From Gemmatimonadales bacterium (GTDB lineage: Bacteria; Gemmatimonadota; Gemmatimonadetes; Gemmatimonadales; GWC2-71-9): a stretch of 64,000 bases of DNA. A program made the position numbers and the translations under genes. Under the pieces are notes generated by a model. That model made no database searches. It was not told the DNA's origin and saw only the letters and a program-made list of their open reading frames with translations. Of this stretch, positions 22,273-32,130 are shown piece after piece. The stretch's first letter is position 1. Every line of letters begins with the position of its first letter. The stretch lies in the NCBI GenBank assembly GCA_041390205.1, contig JAWKQJ010000026.1:6249-70248 (forward strand). Reading direction: 5' to 3'.

Positions 22273-23061
22273 TCAGGACACGGCCCGCCGCGAGAAGGTG
22301 CGGATCCCCAGCCGCAGGAACAGTCCGGTGAGCACGATCAGCGCGCCGACCACGGCGAGCAGCGGCATGTGCGGCAGCCCCGGCGTGAGCGCCCCCCGCA
22401 ACCCTTCCGCCACGTAGACCAGCGGATTGACCAGCACGGCGTACTGCATCACCGGCACCGCGGCGAGGCCGGACCACGGGTAGTACGCGCACCCGAAGAA
22501 GATCATCGGCGCCACGATGAAGCCGAAGAGCAGCCCGATCTGCTGGGGGTTGATCGCGGTGCCGAGCAGGAGGCCGAAGGCCGAGAAGGCGGTGGCGCCG
22601 AGCAGGGTGACGCCCACGATCTCGACGCCGTTGGCGAGCGAGATCCCGTCGATCGGCCCCATGATCAGCCTGGCGATCGGCAGCACGAAGAGCGCGGCGA
22701 TCACCCCCTGGACGATGCCCGAGATCACCTTGGCGTAGGCGACCACCTGGATCGGCGCCGGCGCGAGCAACCGATCCTCGATCTCGAAGGTCCAGCCGAA
22801 GTCGGCCACCATCGGCAGGGCGACCGCCTGCACGCTCGAAAAGGCCAGGCTGATCGCCAGAATGCCCGGCAGCAGCGCCGCGCCGTACCCCCGCTGGACG
22901 AATCCCATCTTGGGCAGCAGGTAGCCGAAGACGATCACGAACATCAGCGGCTGCAGCGTGGTCCGGAGCAGGAAGAAGGGCAGTTCCCGCATCGCGACGT
23001 GGAAGTCGCGGCGGAGGAGCGCCCGGAGCACCAGGCCGGTCGGGACGGCCCGGCCGCTCAC
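22273..23061 (-). CDS. ABC-2 type exporter permease
   Basis: Six TM helices, EDRLLAP, NPLVY; GTG start overlaps the ATPase stop. Confidence 0.88.
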   Translation of the reverse strand: MSGRAVPTGLVLRALLRRDFHVAMRELPFFLLRTTLQPLMFVIVFGYLLPKMGFVQRGYGAALLPGILAISLAFSSVQAVALPMVADFGWTFEIEDRLLAPAPIQVVAYAKVISGIVQGVIAALFVLPIARLIMGPIDGISLANGVEIVGVTLLGATAFSAFGLLLGTAINPQQIGLLFGFIVAPMIFFGCAYYPWSGLAAVPVMQYAVLVNPLVYVAEGLRGALTPGLPHMPLLAVVGALIVLTGLFLRLGIRTFSRRAVS

Positions 23062-24080
23062 TGGAGGCTCCGGCCGGTCATCGAGACGAAGAGCGTCTCC
23101 AGGCTCGGCGGCGAGAGGTGGATGTCGGTCACCTGGCGCCCCGCCGGCTCGGCCAGGCGGATCAGCGCGGGGATGGTCTCGCCGGGGCGCTCGGCGAAGA
23201 CCCGGAGCGCCCGGCCCTCGAACTCGGTGCGCAGCACGCCGGGGAGCCGGTCGGCGCCGGCCACCGCGTCGGCCGGCCCGTCGAGGGTGAGCACGATCAG
23301 GGTGCCGCCCGGGGCGCGCGCCTTGAGGTTGGCGGTGGTGTCGCACGCCAGGAGCACGCCGCGATCGACGATCCCGACCCGATCGCAGAGCTGGTCGGCC
23401 TCGTCCATGTAGTGGGTCGTCATCACGATGGTGCGTCCCTCCGCGTGGAGCCGGCGGAGGATCTCCCAGAGCGCGAGGCGCGCCTGCGGGTCGAGACCGA
23501 CCGTCGGCTCGTCCAGGAAGAGCACCGCGGGCGCGTGCATCAGCGCCCGGACCAGCATCAGCCGCTGCTGCTGTCCGCCCGACATCTCGTGGACCTTGCT
23601 CTCCGCCCGGTCCGCGAGCCCGAAGACCGCGAGCAACTCGTCCGCCATCCGACCGGACTCGGCGCGAGCGATGCCGAAGTAGTCGGCGTGGAACAGGAGA
23701 TTCTGCCGGGCGGTGAGCGCCCGGTCCGGGTTGGGCCGCTGCGGGACCACCCCGATCCGGCGCTTGACCCCGACCGGATCGCGCACCACGTCGACGCCCA
23801 TCACGCTGGCGCTGCCGCCGGAGGGCAGCACCCGGGTGGTGAGCACCCCGATGGTGGTCGACTTCCCCGCGCCGTTCGGTCCGAGCAGACCGAAGAACTC
23901 GCCCTCCTCGACCGTCAGGTCGAGCCCGTCGAGGGCCAGGATCTCCCGCCCGGCGCTCCCGCCCGCCGGCGCCATCGGCGGCCGCCCGAACGGCGACTGG
24001 GCCATCGACGGCCCTCCCCGGCGCTGCTTGGGCGCGGGATAGACCTTGCGCAGTCCCTGGGTGACGATCGCGGACGGCAT
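23058..24080 (-). CDS. ABC transporter ATP-binding protein (DrrA-like)
   Basis: GPNGAGKST, MSGGQ, LDEPT, TTHYMDE. Confidence 0.95.
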   Translation of the reverse strand: MPSAIVTQGLRKVYPAPKQRRGGPSMAQSPFGRPPMAPAGGSAGREILALDGLDLTVEEGEFFGLLGPNGAGKSTTIGVLTTRVLPSGGSASVMGVDVVRDPVGVKRRIGVVPQRPNPDRALTARQNLLFHADYFGIARAESGRMADELLAVFGLADRAESKVHEMSGGQQQRLMLVRALMHAPAVLFLDEPTVGLDPQARLALWEILRRLHAEGRTIVMTTHYMDEADQLCDRVGIVDRGVLLACDTTANLKARAPGGTLIVLTLDGPADAVAGADRLPGVLRTEFEGRALRVFAERPGETIPALIRLAEPAGRQVTDIHLSPPSLETLFVSMTGRSLQ

Positions 24081-24214
24081 CGCTGGAGCTCGAATTCGAC
24101 GGGGAAGCCGGCGCGCAACTTAGCCCGAGCGACGATCGCCGACAAATCGAGCCGGGCGAAACCGCCCGACCCCAATCGACGTCGTGGGGAACCGTCCAGC
24201 ACCCGAGGTCCTCG

Positions 24215-25339
24215 ATGCGCAACGCCCGGACGATCGCGGCCGGATGGCTGCTCCTGGCGAGCGGGTTGGCGGCACAGTCTCCTCCGGTCACGGTCCGCGC
24301 GCTCCCGGCGGAGCCGCTGATCGAGCGGGACGGCGACGGCCAGCGGCTCAACTTCGATTTCTCCCTGGAGAACGGCGGCACGACCCCGCTCGCGCTCGAG
24401 CGGATCGACCTCTCGGTCTTCGATCGCGCCGACCGCCTGGTGCACCGCCAGTTCATCTGGGCCAAGGGTGCGGCGAGCCCCGGCCTGCTCACCATCCCGG
24501 AACGGACCATCCCGGCGGGCAGCTCGCTCAGCGTGTTCAACCCCTTCTATCACCTGCCCAGCCATCTCGAGCTGGCGCGGCTCCGCTACGACTTCGTCTT
24601 CGAGACCCGGGGCATCGAGCCGACCCGGAGCGTCGGGCTCGAGGTGACCCCGAAGCTGGCCGAGACGGTGCCGCTGGTCCTCCCGACCGACGGCCCCACG
24701 CTCGTCTACGACGGCCACGATTACTACTCCCATCACCGCCGGATCCCGCTCGGCGGCGAGCTGGCCAAGCGAGTCGGGATCAGCCGGAACCCGGTTCGCT
24801 ACGCCAACGACCTCACCCCGGTCGGTCCGCGCGGCGAGCTGTCGAAGGGCGCTCTCGCCGACCCGACCGCGTGGTACGCCTACGGGGCGGTGGTGCGAGC
24901 CCCGGCGGCCGGCGTCGTGGTGTGGGCGGCCGACGACGTCCCCGACAACCGGATCGATGGCGGCGAGCTGATCGTGCCGGACGAAGTCGGGGCCGACCCG
25001 ATCAAGAGCGCGCTCGGCAATCACCTCGTAATCCGCCACGGGCCCCGGACCTATTCGGTGCTGGCCCACCTCCGGGCCGGCACGGTGACTCCAGCGGTCG
25101 GCGACAGCGTGCGCCAGGGCGAGCGGGTGGCCGAGATCGGCTTCAGCGGCGACACCGGCTTCCACGTCCACCTGCACCAAATGCTGGTGACGGAAGCCAA
25201 GCTCGACACCGAGGGGCTCCCCAGCTACTTCGACGGGGTGCGGCGGGTCGCCCTGCCGCTCGGCCCCGCTGGCGCGGCCGGCCCGGCGCAGGATCGGGTG
25301 CGGCTTGACACGGGGGACATCGTCCAGTCCGCGCGCTGA
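24215..25339 (+). CDS. M23 family metallopeptidase
   Basis: HRR...YAND, GNHLVIRH, AHL, HxH (HLH), signal peptide. Confidence 0.85.
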   Translation: MRNARTIAAGWLLLASGLAAQSPPVTVRALPAEPLIERDGDGQRLNFDFSLENGGTTPLALERIDLSVFDRADRLVHRQFIWAKGAASPGLLTIPERTIPAGSSLSVFNPFYHLPSHLELARLRYDFVFETRGIEPTRSVGLEVTPKLAETVPLVLPTDGPTLVYDGHDYYSHHRRIPLGGELAKRVGISRNPVRYANDLTPVGPRGELSKGALADPTAWYAYGAVVRAPAAGVVVWAADDVPDNRIDGGELIVPDEVGADPIKSALGNHLVIRHGPRTYSVLAHLRAGTVTPAVGDSVRQGERVAEIGFSGDTGFHVHLHQMLVTEAKLDTEGLPSYFDGVRRVALPLGPAGAAGPAQDRVRLDTGDIVQSAR

Positions 25340-25454
25340 GCCCTCGGCTTGGCGGGCGCGTGGGGCTCCGTCTATCGTTCATGCGCGCTGGGTGTGACAG
25401 ACGAACGTGAGGCGAGGTCGTATGCAGCGGGTGCGGGCGGGAGCCGGTGAGCGA

Positions 25455-25874
25455 ATGACGAACACGCGGGTTTGGAGGGGCCGCCGGTGGGCGATCGGCG
25501 CCCTGCTGGCGGGCGTGCTGGCGTTGACGAGCGGGTTTACCTCGTGCGCCGGCACGACCGGCCCCCTCTTCGCGCCGATGGAGATCACCCCCGGTGAGCT
25601 GTTGCTCCGCGCCTCGCTCTCGAACCAGGTCGAGGCCATCGGCCTCGCCCGGATCGACGGTGGCGAAGAGGGCGATCGCTATACGGTCGACGTGGCCCTC
25701 GTCAAGAACCCACCGGCCTCCTGGCTCACCGTCGACCTCGGCGGCACGAACCTGACTCTGCATGCCCGCCCCGACGGCCTCGAGGAGGGCCTCTACCTCG
25801 CCGACGTCACCGTGACCGGCCGGTCGTCGGGCGAGTCGGCCGTGCTGCACGTGGAGTTCACCGTCATCCCGTAG
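25455..25874 (+). CDS. Hypothetical lipoprotein-like protein (Ig/BACON-like)
   Basis: Signal peptide ending FTSC, beta-rich, SWLTV motif; start codon uncertain. Confidence 0.6.
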   Translation: MTNTRVWRGRRWAIGALLAGVLALTSGFTSCAGTTGPLFAPMEITPGELLLRASLSNQVEAIGLARIDGGEEGDRYTVDVALVKNPPASWLTVDLGGTNLTLHARPDGLEEGLYLADVTVTGRSSGESAVLHVEFTVIP

Positions 25875-28068
25875 GCTTCGGCTGCGCCAGGATCGAGGCC
25901 TCGGTCCCGCTCCGCTGCTCGCAGAACCTCGCTCGCCGGCGCAGGCCGACGAAGCTCGGCGCGTCGAGCCCCCGAATCGTGGTATCGGGAACCAGTGACA
26001 GCTCGAGCCCGAGCAGGGTCGCGAGATGGGTGCGCTCGTCCTCCCGGATCGGATCGGTTCCGAAGAGCACCTCGCGCGGATTGAGACAGAACGCCGGGCC
26101 CACCGACGCGATCAGGAGGCGGGCCGAGAGCGAGTCGATCCGGCCGGTCACCGCCAACCGCTCCAGTCGCGCGTCGATCGGAATTCGGGCCAGCAACACC
26201 TTGGCCGTCTCGGGATCGAGCGGCCGGGCGCCGGCCAGCGACGCCGTGTCGGCGCGCTCGGCCAGCCAGCGCTCGGCCGCGTCGTGCCCCGTCGCGAGCC
26301 TGGCGCTCGAGCCGAAGACCGCGATCAGGCCGTAGGCCGCGATCAGCACGACCAGCATCCCGATCAGCATCGCGATCACCCCGGCGCCACGGATCGCGAA
26401 CCGGCTGCCCGCCTCCCGCTCGACCCGGTGCCCGCTGGTCCTGATCCAACCCTCCAGCACGTCACGTCGAATCGCCGCCCGGCGGCCGCCGCTCGGCCGG
26501 TAGCGCCGGCTCGCGCCGAGGTCGATGGCGGCGAGCACCAGAAAGGCGACGAAGGCGATCGCCGCCGGTCCGGTGATCAACAGCAGCTCGCTCAGCGGGA
26601 GGAGACCCTGGTCCGCCGGCAGCCCGAGGGAGAGCACACCCGCGAGCCAGAGCAGACACCCGCCGATCAGCAGCAGGATGGCCAGCCCCTGCAGCTCCGC
26701 CGCCCGGGTCCGGCGCCGGAGCAGGAGCCGCTGGCGCTCCGGGGCGAGCAGGGCGTAGCGCCCGGTGAGATTGATCAGCGAGCCCGTGTCGCGATGGCGG
26801 TCCCAGGCCACCCGGCCGAGGACCCGAAACGGATACCCGTTCCGCCGGCCCGACACCAGCAACCGGCCGAGCTCGGCCGTCCTCCAGATCAGCGGGAGCA
26901 ATCCCGCCAGCAGGACGAAGAAGGCCGCGTCGAGCAGGAAGTACCAGATCGCGAGCGCGTCCGGGTCGTCGAAGCGGATCGGGGTGAGCATCGAGAGCTG
27001 CTTGAGGATCAGCCACCCGGGCGAGCGATCGGGGGTGCCGGTGCAGCAGGGGCGAGCCGCCGACGGATGGACGCCGAGGATCAGCACGAAGAGCAGCAGG
27101 GTGATCGCGAAGAGCCCGGCCGAGCGGACCCACTTCACGCCGTTCTGGTGGAGGCTCTCGAGCCCGGGTGGGGGCCACTCGACGGCGGCACGCTGGACCG
27201 CGCCGAGCGCGCGGGCGACTTCGGCCGCGGAGGGGCGCTGGTCCGGCTCCTTGAGCAGGCAGCGCATGACCAGGAGGGCCAGCTCGGTCGAGAGATCCGA
27301 TCGGAGCCCACCGACCGAGGGCGGCGCCTTCTGGAGATGCCCGGCCACCACGGACACCGGGGTCGGCCCGGAGAACGGCGGACGGCCGGTCAGCAGCTCG
27401 AAGGCCAGACAGCCGAGGCTGTAGACGTCGCTCTTCGGGCCGACCGGGTCGCCGGCGGCCTGCTCGGGGCTCATGTACGCCGGGGTCCCGATCGGCCGCC
27501 CCTCGGCCGTTAGGCGGGCGCCGGCCGGCGACGCGGGGCCCTCGAGCGCGGCGATCCCGAAGTCGACCACCACCCACCGGCCGCCGAGCGGGTCCTGGAG
27601 CACGTTGGCCGGCTTGATGTCGCGGTGGACCACGCCGCGGGCGTGCGCCGCCGAGAGCGCCGAGGCGACCTGCGCCATGACCTGCCGGACCTCCGACTCG
27701 GACGCGACGCTGCCCTCCGGAAAGAGCTCCCGGAGCGAGTGCCCCTCGACGTGGGCCATCACGATGTAGGCGAGCTTGCTCTTCGGGAGCGCGCCGATCC
27801 GGTAGATCGGGACGACGTTGGGATGGGCGACGGCCGCGGCCGCTTCAGCCTCGCGCAGGAACCGCTGGCGGGCCTCGGCGCTCTCGCCCAGATGGCGGGC
27901 GAGCACTTTGACCGCGACGTTCCGCTTCAGGACCGGATCGCGGGCGAGGAAGACGTCTCCCATGCCGCCCTGCCCGATCCGCTCGAGCAGGAGCAGCTCC
28001 GGAGCCAGCGCGTCTCTGAGCTCCTGCTGGAGGTCGTGCCCCTGAACGGCCTGGTCGTCGGCGCTCAT
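25864..28068 (-). CDS. Hanks-type Ser/Thr protein kinase with multi-pass membrane C-terminus
   Basis: GQGGMG, VAVK, HRDIKPAN, DFG, GTPAYMSPEQ, DVYSLG; about five TM segments follow. Confidence 0.92.
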   Translation of the reverse strand: MSADDQAVQGHDLQQELRDALAPELLLLERIGQGGMGDVFLARDPVLKRNVAVKVLARHLGESAEARQRFLREAEAAAAVAHPNVVPIYRIGALPKSKLAYIVMAHVEGHSLRELFPEGSVASESEVRQVMAQVASALSAAHARGVVHRDIKPANVLQDPLGGRWVVVDFGIAALEGPASPAGARLTAEGRPIGTPAYMSPEQAAGDPVGPKSDVYSLGCLAFELLTGRPPFSGPTPVSVVAGHLQKAPPSVGGLRSDLSTELALLVMRCLLKEPDQRPSAAEVARALGAVQRAAVEWPPPGLESLHQNGVKWVRSAGLFAITLLLFVLILGVHPSAARPCCTGTPDRSPGWLILKQLSMLTPIRFDDPDALAIWYFLLDAAFFVLLAGLLPLIWRTAELGRLLVSGRRNGYPFRVLGRVAWDRHRDTGSLINLTGRYALLAPERQRLLLRRRTRAAELQGLAILLLIGGCLLWLAGVLSLGLPADQGLLPLSELLLITGPAAIAFVAFLVLAAIDLGASRRYRPSGGRRAAIRRDVLEGWIRTSGHRVEREAGSRFAIRGAGVIAMLIGMLVVLIAAYGLIAVFGSSARLATGHDAAERWLAERADTASLAGARPLDPETAKVLLARIPIDARLERLAVTGRIDSLSARLLIASVGPAFCLNPREVLFGTDPIREDERTHLATLLGLELSLVPDTTIRGLDAPSFVGLRRRARFCEQRSGTEASILAQPKPTG

Positions 28069-28120
28069 GCGGCGGGAAACGTAATCTGGCCGGCGGCGCC
28101 ACACCCGCCCCGCGCCGAGA

Positions 28121-30028
28121 CTAGGTCACCGGGGCCGGTGGGACCGGGCGCGAGGCTCCGGCGCGCACGAGCGCCTCGACCTCGGGGCCGGTCAGCGTCT
28201 CCCGCTCGATCAACGCGAGTGCGATGGCGGCCAGCTCGGTGCGATGCTCAGCGATCAGCCGCCAGGCCTCGTTGTACGCCTCGCTGGCGATCCGCCGAAC
28301 CTCGGCGTCGATGACCCGCGCGGTCTCCTCCGAGTGCTCCCGACGACGGATCAGGTCGCCCCGGGCGAGGACCTGGGCGGGGCCGGACTCGGCAAACGAC
28401 AGCGGGCCCAGGGCCTCGCTCATCCCGAACTCGGTCACCATGCGGCGGGCCAGGTCGGTCGCCTGCTGGAAGTCCTGCGCCGCGCCGGTGGTCACCTTGT
28501 CCGCGCCGTAGATCTGCTCTTCCGCGACTCGGCCGCCATACGCCGCGACCAGGCGGCCGCGGACGTACTCCCGGGTGTAGTTGTGGCGATCCTCTTCGGG
28601 CAGGCTGAAGGTGACGCCCAGCGCCCGCCCCCGCGGCACGATCGAGACCTTGTGGAGCGGGTCGAGCCCCGGCACGAGCAGGTGGAGCAGTGCGTGGCCG
28701 GCCTCGTGATAGGCGGTCAGCCGCCGCTCGGCATCGGTCAGCACCAGACTCCGTCGCTCGACGCCGAGCATCACCTTGTCCTTCGCGTCCTCGAAGTCCG
28801 CCATCGACACCGCGGGCTTGTTGCGGCGGGCGGCGAGCAGGGCGGCTTCGTTGATCAGGTTCGCCAGGTCGGCGCCCGAGAGCCCGGGCGTGCCGCGCGC
28901 CACGGTGGCCAGGTCGACGTCGCCGGCCAGCGGCACCTTGCGGGCGTGCACGGCGAGGATCTGCTCGCGGCCGCGCACGTCGGGCAGGTCGACCACGATC
29001 TGCCGGTCGAAGCGCCCCGGCCGGAGCAGTGCCGGGTCGAGCACGTCCGGCCGATTGGTGGCCGCGAGCAGCACCACTCCGTCGTTCGGCTCGAAGCCGT
29101 CGAGCTCGACCAGCAGCTGATTGAGGGTCTGCTCCCGCTCGTCGTTGCCGCCCCCCACGCCGACGCCGCGCACCCGGCCGACCGCGTCCAGCTCGTCGAT
29201 CAGGATGATGCACGGCGCGTTGGACTTGCCGGTCTTGAAGAGGTCGCGCACCCGAGCGGCGCCGACCCCGACGAACATCTCGACGAAGTCCGATCCGGAG
29301 ATCGAGAAGAAGGGCACCTCCGCTTCGCCGGCCACGGCGCGGGCCAACAGCGTCTTTCCGGTGCCGGGCGGGCCGATCAGGAGCACGCCCTTGGGCATCC
29401 GCCCGCCGAGACGCTGGAACCGGCCCGGATCCTTGAGGAACTCGATGATCTCCTGCAGCTCGGCCTTGGCTTCGTCGGCGCCGGCGACGTCGTCGAAGGT
29501 CGTCTTGGGCCGATCGGGACGGATCGTCTTGTCGCCCATGGTGCCGAAGGAGAGCGCCTGGGTCGGCCCCTTCCGCATCTGCCGGAGCATCAGCATCCAG
29601 ACCCCGATGATCAGCACCCAGGGCAGGAGCGTCATCAGGAGGGTCAGCAGCGTCGAGCTCTGTCGGCTCACGTCGATCGCGACCCCGTGCTCCTCCAGCC
29701 GCGCGACCAGCGGCGCGGGATCGTCGAACGGGAGCTCGGTGCGGAAGCGGTTGGTCTCCTTGCCGGAGACGTCAATCGCCCGCTTGAGCACGCCCTCCAG
29801 CGCGCCGGTGGAGGGAAAGAGCTCGACCCGCTCGACGTTGCCCCGATCGAGCTGCGCCCCGAGCTCCGAGTAGCTGAGGGTGGGCGTCCCGCCGCCCAGG
29901 CCGCCACGGAAGGTCAGCAACAGCACGGCGGCCATGCCGAGCACCCACGGCAGGGCCAGCCGCCAGCCGGGAGTGGCCGGGGTTGGGGCGTGCCGGGCGA
30001 CTGCTGTCGGGCGGGGGCCATACGCCAA
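28121..30028 (-). CDS. ftsH: ATP-dependent zinc metalloprotease FtsH
   Basis: Two TM helices, [40 protein letters not shown]. Confidence 0.96.
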   Translation of the reverse strand: MAYGPRPTAVARHAPTPATPGWRLALPWVLGMAAVLLLTFRGGLGGGTPTLSYSELGAQLDRGNVERVELFPSTGALEGVLKRAIDVSGKETNRFRTELPFDDPAPLVARLEEHGVAIDVSRQSSTLLTLLMTLLPWVLIIGVWMLMLRQMRKGPTQALSFGTMGDKTIRPDRPKTTFDDVAGADEAKAELQEIIEFLKDPGRFQRLGGRMPKGVLLIGPPGTGKTLLARAVAGEAEVPFFSISGSDFVEMFVGVGAARVRDLFKTGKSNAPCIILIDELDAVGRVRGVGVGGGNDEREQTLNQLLVELDGFEPNDGVVLLAATNRPDVLDPALLRPGRFDRQIVVDLPDVRGREQILAVHARKVPLAGDVDLATVARGTPGLSGADLANLINEAALLAARRNKPAVSMADFEDAKDKVMLGVERRSLVLTDAERRLTAYHEAGHALLHLLVPGLDPLHKVSIVPRGRALGVTFSLPEEDRHNYTREYVRGRLVAAYGGRVAEEQIYGADKVTTGAAQDFQQATDLARRMVTEFGMSEALGPLSFAESGPAQVLARGDLIRRREHSEETARVIDAEVRRIASEAYNEAWRLIAEHRTELAAIALALIERETLTGPEVEALVRAGASRPVPPAPVT

Positions 30029-30186
30029 CCTAGGGAACGGGACGTCTCCGCAAACCTACCCGCCGGAGCCTGAAGTACCGTGGTGAACCGGGGCGTCCCC
30101 AACGATTCAGGGGTTCACCGCCCCTTCATGAAATCGTCAATTCCGGCCGGATAGGTTCGAGATGGACCGCTCTGCAGGAGGGCGAG

Positions 30187-30396
30187 ATGGGCAAGAACAT
30201 CGGACTGATCGATCGGGTCGCGCGGCTGGTGATCGGCGCGTTGCTCCTGGGCCTCTATGGCGCGGTCGACCCGCCGCTCAAGTACCTGACCCTGATCGGA
30301 TTGTTGCCGGTAGGGACCGCCCTGCTCGGGCGCTGCCCCCTCTACAGCGCGCTCGGCGTGAGCACGATCCGCCGGCGGCCCGAACCGCCGCGTTAG
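30187..30396 (+). CDS. DUF2892 (YgaP-like) small membrane protein
   Basis: N.G..DR..R, CPLY..LG.ST; GGAGG RBS. Confidence 0.88.
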   Translation: MGKNIGLIDRVARLVIGALLLGLYGAVDPPLKYLTLIGLLPVGTALLGRCPLYSALGVSTIRRRPEPPR

Positions 30397-30407
30397 GGTC
30401 GCGCGCG

Positions 30408-31427
30408 ATGGCCGATCTCTGGCTCGAGCCGTACGAGGAGGCGATCGCCGAGTTCCCGGTCACCGGGACGGCCGCGGCCAAGTTCGAGGCCGCGCTCCGC
30501 TTCGCGCTGCGGGCGCCGTCGATCCACAATACCCAGCCGTGGCGCTGCAGCGTCGAGGGCGAGTCGCTCCTGGTCCATGCGGACGAGTCCCGCCGGCTCC
30601 GGGTCGCCGATCCGGACGGCCGCTGGATGCTGCAGAGCGTCGGGGCGTTGGTGGAGTACCTCCAGCTCACGCTCCGCCGCTTCGGCTTCGACGCCCCGGT
30701 GACCGTTCCGCGCGAACCGGGCACCCTGGTGGCGCGAATCGACCTCGGAGCGATGCGCCGCGTCGATCCCGGCGACCGGCGCCTGTTCGACGCGATGCCC
30801 CGCCGGCGCACCAATCGCGGTCCGTTCCGGCATCAGGCGATCCCCGATGCGATCCTGGACCGGGCCGCGCGGCACGCAGCCGATCGGGGCGTCAGGCTGA
30901 CGACCCTGATTCGGCCGAGCGAGCGCGAGCTGCTCGCCGATTGGGTCAGCGCGGCCGACCGGCTCCAGATGACCGATCCCGAGTTCCGGCGCGAGCTCTC
31001 CCGTTGGCTCCGGCCGGTCGCGACCCGGAAGCACGACGGCATTCCGTCGTATGCCGGCAAGGCGCCGCCGGTGCTGCGGCCCGTGGCGCCTCTGCTGGTG
31101 CGGACCTTCGACGTGGGCGAGGGCATCGCCGCGATCGACCGGCGGCTCGCCACCGGCAGCCCGGCGCTCGCGATCCTCTTCACCCGCGGGGACGGACGCG
31201 GGGACTGGGTCGCGGCGGGCCGCGGGCTGGTGCGCACGCTGCTCTCGCTCGCCGCCGACGGCGTCTCGGCGTCGTTCCTCAATCAGGCCGTGGAAGTGAG
31301 CTCGATCCGCCGGGAGCTGAACGCGCGCTACGGCCAGGGCGAGCACGCGCAGGCGGTGCTCCGACTCGGCATCGGGGAGGACGTCCCGCTCACCCCGAGA
31401 CGAACGGTGCGCGCGCTGCTTCGCTGA
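30408..31427 (+). CDS. Acg-family FMN-binding nitroreductase
   Basis: APSIHNTQPW, DP.GR, RRTNR.PF, TPRR. Confidence 0.88.
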   Translation: MADLWLEPYEEAIAEFPVTGTAAAKFEAALRFALRAPSIHNTQPWRCSVEGESLLVHADESRRLRVADPDGRWMLQSVGALVEYLQLTLRRFGFDAPVTVPREPGTLVARIDLGAMRRVDPGDRRLFDAMPRRRTNRGPFRHQAIPDAILDRAARHAADRGVRLTTLIRPSERELLADWVSAADRLQMTDPEFRRELSRWLRPVATRKHDGIPSYAGKAPPVLRPVAPLLVRTFDVGEGIAAIDRRLATGSPALAILFTRGDGRGDWVAAGRGLVRTLLSLAADGVSASFLNQAVEVSSIRRELNARYGQGEHAQAVLRLGIGEDVPLTPRRTVRALLR

Positions 31428-31448
31428 CCCGCTGGAGGTAGAACGGAG

Positions 31449-32018
31449 ATGTTGCGGATTCTGGTGGTCTATGCGAGCGATCACGGTCAGACGGCCAAGA
31501 TCGTCGAGCGAATGGCTTCACGATGGCTGGAGGCCGGCCACGGCGTCACGGTTCGGCGCGCCGACCAGCCGACGGCGATCCCCTCGCTCGGCGACTTCGA
31601 CGTCGCGCTGGTGGCCGGGTCGGTGCGCTTCGGCAAGCACCAACGGTCGGTACGTCGCTACGCGACCACCCATCGGCGTGCCCTCGAGCGGATGCCCGCC
31701 GCCTTCGTCTCGGTCTGCGGCGCGCTGGTCGGCGATTGGGCCGAGGGCCCGGCCACGGCGCGCGGCTACCTGGCCCGCTTCGTCGAGGAGACCGGGTGGC
31801 GGCCGCGGATCGTCCGGTCGTTCGCCGGCGCGGTCCGCTACACGGCCTACGGACCGCTCACTCGCTGGATGATGAAGCAGGTGAGCCGGAAGACCGGCCG
31901 GCCGACCGACACCTCGCGGGATTGGGAGGGCACCGACTGGACCCGGGTCGATCGGCTCGCCGAGGAGGTGGTGGCGATGGGTGAGTCGCGCAAGGAAGCG
32001 GAGCTCTCCCCGGCATAG
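31449..32018 (+). CDS. hemG: HemG-like flavodoxin (menaquinone-dependent protoporphyrinogen oxidase family)
   Basis: YASDHGQT.KI, FAGAVRY, DTSRD.E.TDW. Confidence 0.8.
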   Translation: MLRILVVYASDHGQTAKIVERMASRWLEAGHGVTVRRADQPTAIPSLGDFDVALVAGSVRFGKHQRSVRRYATTHRRALERMPAAFVSVCGALVGDWAEGPATARGYLARFVEETGWRPRIVRSFAGAVRYTAYGPLTRWMMKQVSRKTGRPTDTSRDWEGTDWTRVDRLAEEVVAMGESRKEAELSPA

Positions 32019-32130
32019 CACGCCGGCACGCCGATCCCCTCCAGGGTGAAGCCCAGGGAAAGAGCAGTTCGTCGAGTCGCGCCGACCAGCCGCGCGGACT
32101 AGCTTGCAGCGCAGGGGCTTCGCCCGAGCG

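Noticed and set aside
30125..30140. FNR box upstream of DUF2892
   Set aside because: Only the right half-site (GTCAA) resembles TTGAT-N4-ATCAA; the left half and spacing do not fit.
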